This document shows, piece by piece, positions 1-10,335 of a stretch of DNA of 64,000 bases (within the stretch, counting starts at the first letter, position 1; every line of letters starts with the position of its first letter). The position numbers and the translations under genes are program-made. The notes beneath the pieces were generated by a model. It did no database searches. It was not told the origin of the DNA and was given only the letters and a program-made list of their open reading frames with translations. This DNA comes from Rebecca billardiae RCC1528. Lineage: Eukaryota > Protista > Haptophyta. The stretch spans positions 186,001-250,000 of the forward strand of contig OZ251232.1 of NCBI GenBank assembly GCA_965240325.2. The letters are read 5' to 3'.

Positions 1-224
1 AGTCCTCTCACGATGTCCGCGCCGGCGTTGGATTTGGCGCGCGCGGCCCATGCGCTCCGCGCCATGACGCAACTCTTTTTCGGCCGAGCGTCCCCAGTGG
101 GAGCTGCGAGGGCGCCCGGTAGTGAGCGAAGCGAGTTTCTTTTCTCTGCGAGGCGATTTTCTTTTTCTTTTCTTTTCTTTTCTTTTCCCGGGCACTACAA
201 GGGGCGGACCTACGGCCCGCCATA
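1..224 (-). mobile_element. 5' end of asymmetric-IR element family 2 (Ulp1-carrying family), truncated by window start
   Basis: Reverse complement of the 5' ends at 32437 and 35752 (TATGGCGGGCCGTAGGTCCGCCCCTTGTAGTGCCCGGGAAAAG followed by an A-rich tract). Confidence 0.85.
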
Positions 225-556
225 TAGTTCCTCAGCGGCGGGCGCAGCATTCGCGTGAATAAGCGAGTGCCATGGCGGAGAGTACCAGCCAGCCCCGTGC
301 CCTGGTCCGCACTCTCTGCGGGCACGCCCGCAGGATGGCCAGACTACGCCACGCGAGGATGTAATACCGCGCCGTCTCGGGTGAATTCTGTGCGCACGGG
401 CACACGCTTGCCGCCGAGAGCGACGGTGCCGACTGTAGCGTGGCAGCAGCGTCCGCGACCACGCAGCCATGCGCGATGTATGCGCCGGGGCTGTCCGAGA
501 AGCGGCCGTCGCTGCGCCACGCCCTCGCCGGGCAGCCACCCGCCGGCTGCCACCCC

Positions 557-1616
557 TCAGTCCGCAGCCGAGAGCTGGCGCAGCGCGGCCTCGAGCTCGT
601 CCAGCTGTGCACGCAGCGCGCCCGCCTCCGCCTCCAGCGTCGCCTTCTGCTCGCGCGCCGCGTCCATGTCCGCCTCGCTCAGGCCCATCACCGCCATCCG
701 CGCCTTGGGCGTGCGAAGCAGCATCGCCTTGACGGAGAGCTCGTTCGTCACGCTGTCCAGCCGCGCCTGCGTCTCGCTCAGCTGCGCGTTGGCGTCCGCC
801 GCGCTCGTGGGCGGTTTGAGCGATGCCTCGGCGCCCTCGGACGCGCCCGGCTGGGAGCCGGACTTGCGCGCACCAGACGGCGGCGGGCGCAGGGGGAAGT
901 CGGTGCGCCTGGGCGGGAGCGGCGTGGACGCCGGCGGCGGCGGCGCCCCGCCACTCCCGCCGTGCCTCGGCCCGTCCAGCGGCACCGACGCCGCCGGCAG
1001 CGGCCGAGGGTCGACGGGCAGACCGTACGGCGCGGGCACGGCGTGGGCGACGGGCACGCCGCCCGCGCCCGAGGGGTGCGAGGCGATGGGCGCCGTGCGC
1101 TTGGCGGCCGCCGCGTCTGCGTCCGCCGCGCTCGGCTCGGGCGGCGCCGTGCCCTGCAGCAGCGCGTGGAGGGCGGGCGCCTTGCTGCGCACACAGCGGG
1201 CAGCGCGCAGCGCACGGCGCGCGCACGCGCATGCGTTTGGGGCGGGGGCATGAGCAGTGCGCGCGCGCGTGCGTGCGTGCGTGTGCGCGTGTGCGCGCGC
1301 GCGCACCCCGCGCCCGCGTCCCCTCGCGCACGCCCCGCGCCCCGCACGCCACCCCGCCCGCGCACCGTCCGAGTATGCGCACGCGCAGGCTGCCGTCCGC
1401 CGTCACGCCCAGCAGCGCGTGCGGCTCCTTGGCGTACTCTCCAAACGCACACGCCACCACCGCGCACTCGGGAGAGGAGCTGTGCGAGCCGGCGGGCGGG
1501 GCGGGGGCGCTGGGCTTGCCGAGCATCTCGACGTCGCCGCGCGAGGCGAGCCCGCCGACGCCCGCGCCGCTGTTGCGCCGCTTCGTGCCCGGCGGCGTCG
1601 CCGGGCCCTCGGCCGA

Positions 1617-1669
<53 letters not shown>

Positions 1670-2804
1670 CGGCGCCGTCCGCCTGCGCCGAGCGATCCTC
1701 CGCGTCCAGCAGCGTCACGTAGCCGTCGGTGCGGCCGACGGCGAAGGCGTGCGCCCAGGTGTGCTGCGCCGAGCCCAGCGCGTCCGTCCCGCCCACGCGC
1801 ACCGCGCCGCACGCGCTCGCCGCCGCGCCCAGCTCCGCCGTCGCGCGCCTCTGCCCCGTGAGCTCGAAGCAGGACGCGAGCGCTGACGCCTCGGTGCGCC
1901 CGTCCGTGAGCAGCAAGATGCGCGCGCCGGAGATGGCGAGGGCGCGCGGGGCGAGCGAGCCGCCGATCACCGCGGCGAGCGTGCCCCCGCGCGCCACGCA
2001 CAGCGAGCCGTCGGCGCACGCCGCCGCAACGATCGGCTCGCCGCCCTCCGCCACGCGCGCGGCGGTGGCGTGGTCGGCCACAGCCGCCACGTGCGTCGGC
2101 GGCGCGGGCAGCGCGATCGCGTGCCGGCACGGCGCGCAGACGCGCTCGGTGGGCGCGCCGCCGGGCAGGTCCGCGCTGAGCTGGCGCACCAGGTCCAGCT
2201 CGATCGTCGCGAGGAAGCCGTCGCGCGTGCCCAGCACCACGGCGAACGAGCCATCCGAGAGCGCGCCGAGGGCGGCGCACACGACGGCGCACACCGAGTC
2301 GAGTAGTGAGCGCAGCGCGCCGAGCTGGTCGGCGGCGCCCTCCAGGTCGAGCGCGGCGAGCTGGCGGCCGGTGGCGGAGAGCTGCGCGCCGTCGTCCGCC
2401 GAGAGCTGCTCGAAGAGGAAGTGCACGACGTCCGACGGCGCGCCGCGCTGCTGCAGGGACCGGTTGACCACCTCGCGCTCTGCGCCGTCCGGCAGGTACG
2501 GCACGTCGACGTGGGCGATGAAGGCGAGGCCGGCGTCGGCGAGCGACGGGTAGGTCTCGGCGATCGAGAGCGACGCGCCGTGCGCCAGGATCACCGTCGT
2601 GCGCGCGCGCTCCGCCACCGCGAGCACGCACGACGGCAGCCACGGCAGCTCGAGCGAGCTCACGACCGAGCCATCGCGCGAGGCGATCAGCAGCTGCTTC
2701 TCGGCGTCGACGGCGAAGAAGGTGCCGCCCGCGAGCGCGGTGAGCGCCTGCCGCGTGTGAAGCCGCGCCGACGGGTCGTCGAGCGCGGCGAGCCAGCCGC
2801 TCAT
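557..2804 (-). CDS. Divergent BBS1-like beta-propeller protein; exons 2804-1366 and 1184-557, intron 1365-1185
   Basis: N-terminus MSGWLAALDDPSARLHT resembles BBS1 WLDAHYDPMANIHT. VVLGTRDG, AAACADG and VVACAFGEYAKEPHALLGVTADGSLRVRILGR match the BBS1 motif [32 protein letters not shown] (recalled alignment). A GTGCGC...GCGCAG intron joins ORF 210..2936 to ORF 557..1306 in frame. Confidence 0.7.
1617..1668. repeat. (GCC)n trinucleotide run encoding poly-Gly inside the BBS1-like gene
   Basis: Uninterrupted gccgccgcc tract, about 16-17 units. Confidence 0.9.
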
Positions 2805-3061
2805 CGTCCGGCGCCCACTCTCGGCGCACCCTCCTCCGCGCTTCCCGCTGAGCGAAACGAGTGGGCGACTTCGCTGAGTTCGCGCGGTTGTTGGCGCGTT
2901 GCCGCACAGGTGCTGCTGACCACGCGGGATGCACACCTACCACACCGGAAGTTATTGACAGTGGCAGCAAAACACCCGGACGGCCTCACGGGCGACGGGC
3001 GTGACGGGCGCGCATCTCCCGGCGGGTGTGGCGCGCGCGCGCGCGTGGCCGGCCAGGGCGC

Positions 3062-4351
3062 ATGCTCTCCTCGCCGTGCTCGCTGCTCGACGCGTGGGGC
3101 ATCCTGGTGCAAGGGCTGCTCGGCGTGGGCGCGCTCTCGACGCTCGCGTACAAACGGCAGCTCGAGCAGCCGTGCCGGCCGCGGCTGACGTGGCTGCTCG
3201 ACGCGAGCAAGCAGGCGCTCTCGTCTGCGTCCGGGCACTTCCAGAACGTCGCGCTGTCCGAGCTGGTGTTCGTCCGGCTGCACGTCGCGGCCACCTCGCC
3301 GTGCGTCTGGTACCTCGTCAACCTCGTGCTCGACACCACGCTCGGCACGGCGCTCGCGTTCTACGCGCTGCGCACGGCCGAGGCGCTGCTCAGCGCGGGC
3401 GCGCGGCTCGCGCCCCGGCCCGCTTGTGCGCGCACGCTGCTCGAGGCGGCGGAGACGGGGCAGTACGGCGCTCCGCCGCAGATCTCGCGCTGGGCCGCGC
3501 AGCTCTTCGTCTGGCTGCTCGTCACCACGTGCGTGAAGGCGGTGGTCGCCGCCATCATCCTCGTGGCGGCCATGCCGCTGCACAGCGCGGGGCTGTACAC
3601 GCTGCGCCCGCTGCAGCCGTACCCACGCGCGCAGGTGGTGCTGGTGGTGCTCGTCGTGCCGCTACTGCTCAACGTGATGCAGATGTGGATTCAGGACAAC
3701 TTCCTGCAGCAGCGCGCGCACCCGACGCGCGGAGCACCCGACGGCCTCATCCAAGCGGTCGCGCACGTGCACGAGCGCTGCACGGCGTGCGCGGCCACGT
3801 GCGGCCGGGGCGGAGGCTGCTCGCGCGGCACATACGCGAAGTGCACAGCGCGCGCGCGCGCGTCGAGCACGGGCGAGCTCGTCGGCCTGATGCTCGGCTC
3901 GCAGCTGCCCGTCCTCGCGGACGACGACGCCGACGACGACGATGATGAGCCGCTGCGCCCGCTGGACGAGCGCGATGAGCCGGACGACGGCGGCGGGGAC
4001 GCGCACGCACACGCGGAGGCCGAGTCCACGCGCGAGCGCGTAGAGCCGCGCGCGTCGGGGACGGCTGCAAGCGGGGCGGCGCGGCGGGCTGTTGCGGTCG
4101 GCGGGGTCGGCGGGGTCGGCGGGAGGGGCGCTGGCCTGCACGTGCAGCCGGCTGGCGCCGTGAAGGCGTGCGGCGCGGCGGACGGCGCTCCCGCGCCTAG
4201 CCCAGTTGCGCTGCCCGTCTCGCCGAGGCCATGCGGCCTCACTGCCCTCGGCAACGGGCACAGCCGCCAGGGGACGCCGCTCAGCGGGGCGGCGAGCGTG
4301 GGGGCGTCGCCGGGGGGGAATCTGAGCGCAGCATCACCACCGCCTGCATAG
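3062..4351 (+). CDS. STIMATE/TMEM110 (YPL162C-like) multi-pass membrane protein
   Basis: Motifs CxLLxxxGxxVQ, KRxxExPxRPxxxWxLDxSKQ, PCVWYLVNLVLDTTLG, GQYGxPP and QMWIQDNFL, with several hydrophobic segments and an acidic low-complexity tail. Confidence 0.85.
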   Translation: MLSSPCSLLDAWGILVQGLLGVGALSTLAYKRQLEQPCRPRLTWLLDASKQALSSASGHFQNVALSELVFVRLHVAATSPCVWYLVNLVLDTTLGTALAFYALRTAEALLSAGARLAPRPACARTLLEAAETGQYGAPPQISRWAAQLFVWLLVTTCVKAVVAAIILVAAMPLHSAGLYTLRPLQPYPRAQVVLVVLVVPLLLNVMQMWIQDNFLQQRAHPTRGAPDGLIQAVAHVHERCTACAATCGRGGGCSRGTYAKCTARARASSTGELVGLMLGSQLPVLADDDADDDDDEPLRPLDERDEPDDGGGDAHAHAEAESTRERVEPRASGTAASGAARRAVAVGGVGGVGGRGAGLHVQPAGAVKACGAADGAPAPSPVALPVSPRPCGLTALGNGHSRQGTPLSGAASVGASPGGNLSAASPPPA

Positions 4352-5056
4352 AGTGAACTGGAACGGCTCCCGGGCTCCGTGCAACTGCAAGACTCATGGC
4401 CCGCGGTGCAGGGCGGAGCGCGTAGCGTGGAGCCCCGCCGGGGGCCCTCACTACGTTGTCAAAAAGATCTTTTGATCAAAGAAAAGGGGACGGGGGACGA
4501 TTTTGAGGGCTGTTGGAGGGCGCATGACGGCGCGCGCGCATGATGATCGGCGCTGGTCGGTGCGCGCGCATGATGATCGTCACGCGATGATCGGCGCGCG
4601 CGCATGACCATGCGCGCGCGTGACGAATTCGCCGCAACGGCTCGCGCGAGAGGCACAAGGCGATTGACGATGAACGCGACCACGTTCGAGCGCTCGAGCG
4701 AAGCAGGAGGTGATGAGTGAGGAAGATGGCACAGGAATGGGAGAGGAACGCGTGGCGCGTGGCGGGAAGGGCCAGGCACGCTCGGCGTGAGGAAAGGAAC
4801 GCGCGTAGAAACGGAACGGAACGGAAAGCAGCGGTTCGAGCGATAGACAGGAGGTGATTGACGATGATGAGCGCGTCCGCGCTCGAGCGACGCAGAAGGT
4901 GACGAGCGAGGAAGACCAAGGCCAGGTGAAAGCGCCGCAGGTGGCCAGCGGGCCACGTCGCTTTTCGCGCCCGAAAACGCCCAGCAGCGCGCGCGCCCCG
5001 CTGCAGTGGCAGCCGACCGGCGAGAGCTGCATCCGCCAGAGCCGCCACGCGGCGCA

Positions 5057-5400
5057 GGTATCAACGCCGGCCCGCCGACAACGTCGTCCCCGACACCCCG
5101 GCCACAGACACCACGTACACCCATGTAAGCGCGCCGAAAGGTGCGCGCGAGGATGGCGCACTCGGCACCCGAATGATGATGATGGTTATTGCGCGGAGCA
5201 CGAATGATGATCGGCGCGCGCGGGTATCAACGCCAGCCCGCCGACGACGTCGTCCCCCACGCCCCGGCCACAGACACCACGTACGCCCATGTAAGCGCGC
5301 CGAAAGGTGTGTGCGATGATGGCACGCTCGGCACCCGGATGATGATGCGATGGTTACGCTGAGCACGAAGTGATGATCGGCGCGCGCACATGATGATGAT
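5057..5400. repeat. ~165-bp tandem duplication (2 copies)
   Basis: ggtatcaacgcc...ccacagacaccacgtac.cccatgtaagcgcgccgaaaggtg...gagcacgaa occurs near 5057 and again near 5223. Confidence 0.85.
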
Positions 5401-5481
5401 CGGCGCGCGCGCATGAGAAGACAGGTGCGAGTGACGCGCGGAGAATAAGATGCGCGCGGAGACGATAGGCGCGGAGGGCAT

Positions 5482-5920
5482 AGGCGCAAGTAACGCGCGG
5501 AGGAGATAGGCGCAAGTAACGCGCGGAGAAGATAGGCGCAAGTAACGCGCGGAGAAGATATAGTAGGCGCAAGTAACGCGCGGAGACAGGCGCAAGTAAC
5601 GCGCGGAGAAGATAGGCGCAAGTAAACGCGCGGAGAAGATATAGTAGGCGCAAGTAACGCGCGGAGACAGGCGCAAGTAACGCGCGGAGAAGTAGATAGT
5701 ATAGGCGCAAGTAACGCGCGGAGGAGGTATAGGCGCAAGTAACGCGCGGAGACAGGCGCAAGTAACGCGTGGGGAAGTAGATATAGTAGGCGCAAGTAAC
5801 GCGCGGAGAAGTAGATAGGCGCAAGTGACGCGCGGAGACAGGCGCAAGTAACGCGCGGAGAAGTAGATAGTAGGCGCAAGTAACGCGCGGAGATGAGATA
5901 GGCGCAAGTGACGCGCGGAG
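5482..5920. repeat. Minisatellite: 16 copies of AGGCGCAAGT(A/G)ACGCGCGGAG with short variable purine-rich linkers
   Basis: Counted directly; linkers are about 2-14 nt (ac, aagat, aagatatagt, aagtagatagtat). Confidence 0.95.
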
Positions 5921-5974
5921 AAGATAGGGTGCGCACACGATGATCGGCGCATGATGATCGGCGCGCGCGCGAGG

Positions 5975-6052
5975 GATAGACAGATAGACAGATAGACAGA
6001 TAGACAGATAGACAGATAGACAGATAGATAGACAGATAGATAGACAGATAGA
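5975..6052. repeat. (GATA/GACA)n compound microsatellite
   Basis: gatagacagatagaca... tract. Confidence 0.95.
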
Positions 6053-6371
6053 CGCGCGAGTGAGCGACGGCGAGCTGTAGAGAAGGGTGAGTCGTGCGGC
6101 GGCGAGTGGCGGCGGCGTGCTTGCAGCGCGGCAGCGGCGTGCGGCGAGCGCGAACACGCGGAGCGCGCGCGGCTCCGCTGTTGCGCCCCGAGGGGCCCGC
6201 GCCGAAGAAGCGCGCTCGCTCGAGCGGGGGGCAGATCGAAGGTGATGAAGCGCGCGGTTCCGCTCAAGCGAAGTAGAAGGTGATGAGCGACGAGTGTGCC
6301 CGACGGACGACAGCGCAACGACACCTCACGCGCCGCCCCGCCGGCCGCCCAACAGATGGCCGAGAACGGGA

Positions 6372-7186
6372 CGCCGAAGTAGCATGTGTGCGCTCACTGC
6401 CCGCGCCGCCGACATGCGCTCCAGCTCGGACGAAGGGCAGAAGGTGTTGTTGAGCGCGCCCCCGCGAGCACGCAGCAGCTGGTGAGGAGCGTGTTGTTGA
6501 GCGCACCCCCTCGAGCGCGCAGCAGCTGGTGAGGAGCGTGGAGCGTGCCCGACACACGCCCGCTGGCGCCGCCCCGCCGTGCGCCCAGCCGCCGGACGCT
6601 GCCGATGGACGCAGAAGCAGCATGGATGCGCACGAGTCTCGTCCAGCGCCAAAATGCGCTCGCGCGCGAGCGAGGTAGACAGTGCCGAGCGCGCCCACGC
6701 TCGAGCGAAGCAGGTGGAGATGAGCGAGGAGCGCGCCCGACGGACGGCAGCGCACCGGCACCTCACTTACCACCCCGACGTTCCGAAGCAGCATGTGTGC
6801 GCTCACTGCCCGCGCCGCCGACATGCGCTCCAGCTCGGACGAAGGGCAGAAGGTGTTGTTGAGCGCGCCCCCGCGAGCGCGCAGCAGCTGGTGAGGAGCG
6901 TGTTGTTGAGCGCGCCCCCGCGAGCGCGCAGCAGCTGGTGAGGAGCGTGGAGCGTGCCCGACACACGCCCGCTGGCGCCGCCCCGCCGTGCGCCCAGCCG
7001 CCGGACGCTGCCGATGGACGCAGAAGCAGCATGGATGCGCACGAGTCTCGTCCAGCGCCAAAATGCGCTCGCGCGCGAGCGAGGCAGACAGCGCCGAGCG
7101 CGCCCACGCTCGAGCGAAGCAGGTGGAGATGAGCGAGGAGCGCGCCCGACGGACGGCAGCGCACCGGCACCTCACTTACCACCCCG
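6372..7186. repeat. 409-bp tandem repeat, 2 near-identical copies with degenerate flanking copies
   Basis: gcatgtgtgcgctcactgcccgcgccgccgacatg recurs at 6382 and 6791 (period 409); this also explains the duplicated ORFs in the track. Confidence 0.9.
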
Positions 7187-8160
7187 ATGTGCGCCCCCCG
7201 ATGTGCGCCCGGCCACCGGACGCCTCAGAAGGACACCCAGCACAAGCGTGGTCGCGCACGAGCGGATGAGAGAAGCAGAAGGCGCTGAGCGTTCCCCTCG
7301 AGTAAAGCAGTGGGCCATGAGGAGGAGGGAGCACGACGGACGGCAGTGCCCAGCACCTCGCGCTCCGCCTCGCAGTGCGCACGACCGTCGGATGCCGCCG
7401 CAGAAGGACGCCGAAGCAGCATCGTGAGAGTTCGAGCGTGATGCACGCGCACCACGCCAGGGGGGGACAACGAGGAACGGGGAGCGAAGGAGGCGGAGGA
7501 GCGCCGCTGGCTGTCCGTGAGTGTGCCGGCGCCGCCGCGGCCTGCCGCCCGGGGGCCCCGGGCCCGGGCGGGGCCGCTGTGCTCAGGCGTCGGCCGGGGC
7601 AGGGTGCGCCGGGGGGCAGTCGCGGCGGAAGCGGTCGGCTGCACGACGTGGGCTGCCCTGACCGGCCCCGAAGGTGCGCCTGTCACGCCGAGGGTCGGCC
7701 CGCCTGCAGGTACGCTCACTTTCCGCTTGGTACCCGCGCCGCAAAGGCGAGCTGCTTCCGACTCACATCTCGTCACCGTCCGGTCACTCCGGCGATGCCG
7801 CTGCGAGCGCCGAACCCGCGTCCGGCCAGGTATACGCCCACCTAGCGGGGAGGGGCACGGACGGCGGCGGAGCAGCGACGCGGCAGTCATAACGCGATAA
7901 CCACCGCGGACTGCCAAACCCACCACTCCCGTCGCGTCGGCCATCGCCCCGAGTTTTCGACTTTTTGAGGGGGGGTATGCTGTCCATCACAGCTTAAAAG
8001 GCCGCGCCCGCTGCAATTATTCTTGTATCTACTATGGACGGACGTGGGATCAGATACCCCGGGGGTGAAACAAGTGAGTATTCCTACCCCTCTTGTATGC
8101 TGAAGTACGAGTTTGCCGAGCGACGTTTGATTGTTTTGGGTCGAAAACAGCTATGAGGCC

Positions 8161-8415
8161 AGATTCTTTTGAATAGTGCTTGTTCAAATACGTTACCCGC
8201 CTGCCTCGATGGATGAACCGCCTCGTCATATTAAAAGAGATTCTTTTCAATAGCGCCTGTCCAACCAAGTTACCCGTCTGCCTCGATGGATGAACCTCCT
8301 AGTCGGTCATAATGAAGGGATTGTTTTGAATAGCGCTGAATAAACCAAGTTACCCGCCTGCCTCGATGGATGAACCTCCTTTGCCATAATATGAAAGAAA
8401 AACGGGTTACCCGCC
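8161..8415. repeat. ~78-81-bp AT-richer tandem repeat, about 3.3 copies
   Basis: GTTACCCGYCTGCCTCGATGGATGAACC at about 8192, 8269 and 8349; the intervening segments are also homologous (gattcttttgaatag). Confidence 0.9.
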
Positions 8416-9752
8416 CGCCAGCGTCTCGCGACGAGGACGGGTGCCCAAGCGGCAAGCGCGCACATCATGATCATCGCCGTCACGGCGGGCCCATCTTCGG
8501 CCGGCTCGAGCTGATGCACATCACGACGCTCAAGCAGGCGCTGTCCGTACCGACGTTGGCGCGCCTCCAGCGGATGGTCGACAAAGCACCCGTGGGCGAA
8601 GGAGGACCACAATCATGGCCGAGTCATCGGAGACGTCGCTGACCTCGCGGCTTCAAACAATCAAACATCAACCGCTCAGCCGGTTGCCACCGCGGCCGAG
8701 CGGTGCGCGCTCGCCACCGCGGCCGGCGCTGTGCACGGGCGTGCTGAGCCCGGGCCGCGTGAGCTCGCCCACCTCGCCCGGCGCGTACGCCGACGCCGCC
8801 ACCGCGGCTCGGCGGCCGGACTCATCTCGGCCCGCAGCGCTTGCGTCCCCCCGCGGCGGCGCGCGCCGCCGTCGCCGCCGCGCAGGCCGTGCACTCGGTG
8901 GATGAGGAGACGGCCCTGCTGCGCGCGGAGCGCTGCGCGCCGCGCGCTGCTCCTGCTGCGGCGCGCAGTAGTCCGCTCGTCCGCCCCGCGGGCTCGCCAC
9001 GGAGCCGACGAGCGCGATGACGACAATCGAATGAGCACGAGTGCGCACGGAGGCGCTGGGCGCCGAGCTGGCGAAGCGCAGCGCCGAGCTCGACGCGCTG
9101 CGCGACGCGGCGACGGACGCGCTGGGCGCGCGCGGCGCCCTCGTCGCGACGCCCCGTGCAGCAGCTCGAGCAGCCAGCTGTGGAGTAGACGGCCGTCGAC
9201 TCGAGGGCGCCACCGCGCCGGGTGAGTGAGCACGCACGGGCTCCGCCTCGGTCGGAGGCTGGCTGGCCGCCGCCGTGGCTTCGAGGCCGACGCGGCGGAG
9301 GAGGCGGCGGGCGAGCACGGTGGCGCGGTGGAGCAGGCGCGCACGCGCGGCGGCAGGCGCGACCCGCCGCTCGCCTCGTTCCACCCCGAGCTCCGCTCGG
9401 TCTCGCCTCTCGGTGCGCGGCTGCGCAGCGCCGTCGGAGCGCAGGCTGGGGCCGCTGGGGGTGGGGCCAGCAGAGTGGTGCGCGCTCTCGCTCTGCCGGC
9501 ACGAGGCGCGCCGGCTGAGCGACCAGCGGCCCGTCGTCGAGCGCGTGGCGCAGCGCGAGCACCTCAAGGCAGGCTCGCCCTGCGCGCGCGCGCCGCTGCC
9601 CCGGCCGCCGTCCGTACTTCTTCGCGCGGGCCCGCGGCGACAGTCCTCATCGGCCCGCCATGTTGACCAGACTGAGACAGCAGCCGACGGAGGGTGCACC
9701 GCGGGCCCCTAACTACGTTGGTTCTACGGAAGGACCGCGGAACGCGGTCATA

Positions 9753-9784
9753 TATTATATATGCATGTATGTATATATATATAC

Positions 9785-9816
<32 letters not shown>

Positions 9817-9817
9817 T
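9753..9817. repeat. (TA)n(CA)n microsatellite abutting the 3' end of family-1 copy 1
   Basis: Direct inspection. Confidence 0.9.
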
Positions 9818-10335
9818 TTATATGGAAGCTACGCGCCTAATCCGCGACCGCTCACTCTCAATAATCAACGGTCGGTGCCGGTGGCGGCGTCGGAAGTGGC
9901 TAATTCTCAATATTCAGCAAGTAGTTCAATAATAAGCTTCGTCACGGCAGGCTATTGGCATTCGTCAGTCAGTAACGGTCTGCGACTCGGTCTGACGGTC
10001 ACCGGCGGGACACGCCGCCAGTGATCACACGCCGTCAGTACTGAAAGGCCCACATTCGGCACTCGCACTCGGCCTCGGGACGCACGGTCCGGACTCCGGG
10101 GCAGTCCGCGAGACGGGCGGCCCGGCCGCACGGCGGCAGCCGTGACGTTCGTGAGCCGCGAGCCCGATTGCTATACGATTTCTCACTCAGTCTCAGTAGT
10201 CACGACTACGAGAGCATAAGCTTTCAATATTAATACTGGTCCGAGGCGGCATGATTAATCATGCCATGAGTGAGTCCGGATGTGCCCCGAGCCGTCAGCT
10301 TCTGCTTTCGGCCAACGGCAACACCAACAGCCTCA

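Larger units (their letters stand above)
4394..9752 (+). mobile_element. Non-autonomous asymmetric-IR/hairpin element, family 1 copy 1 (Helitron2/Helentron-like)
   Basis: 5' block (4394-4520 plus 7951-8009) matches the reverse complement of 58599-58790. 3' block 9679-9752 matches the reverse complement of 54261-54334 with 1 mismatch. The 13-bp GGCCCGCGGTGCA (4398-4410) is inverted at 9695-9707, followed by hairpin GACCGCG-GAA-CGCGGTC (9733-9749). Confidence 0.7.

Noticed and set aside
5482-5920. CRISPR-like array of 21-bp repeats
   Set aside because: Linkers are 2-14 nt, low-complexity and reused.
5061-7182. Repetitive ORFs (SPRVTCAY/SARYLRL etc.) as real proteins
   Set aside because: They are translations of mini- and macrosatellites, open in several frames, without host codon pattern.
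8161-8415. CRISPR-like array (28-bp repeat with ~50-bp spacers)
   Set aside because: The spacers are homologous to each other, so it is a ~80-bp tandem repeat; there are no cas genes and the context is eukaryotic.
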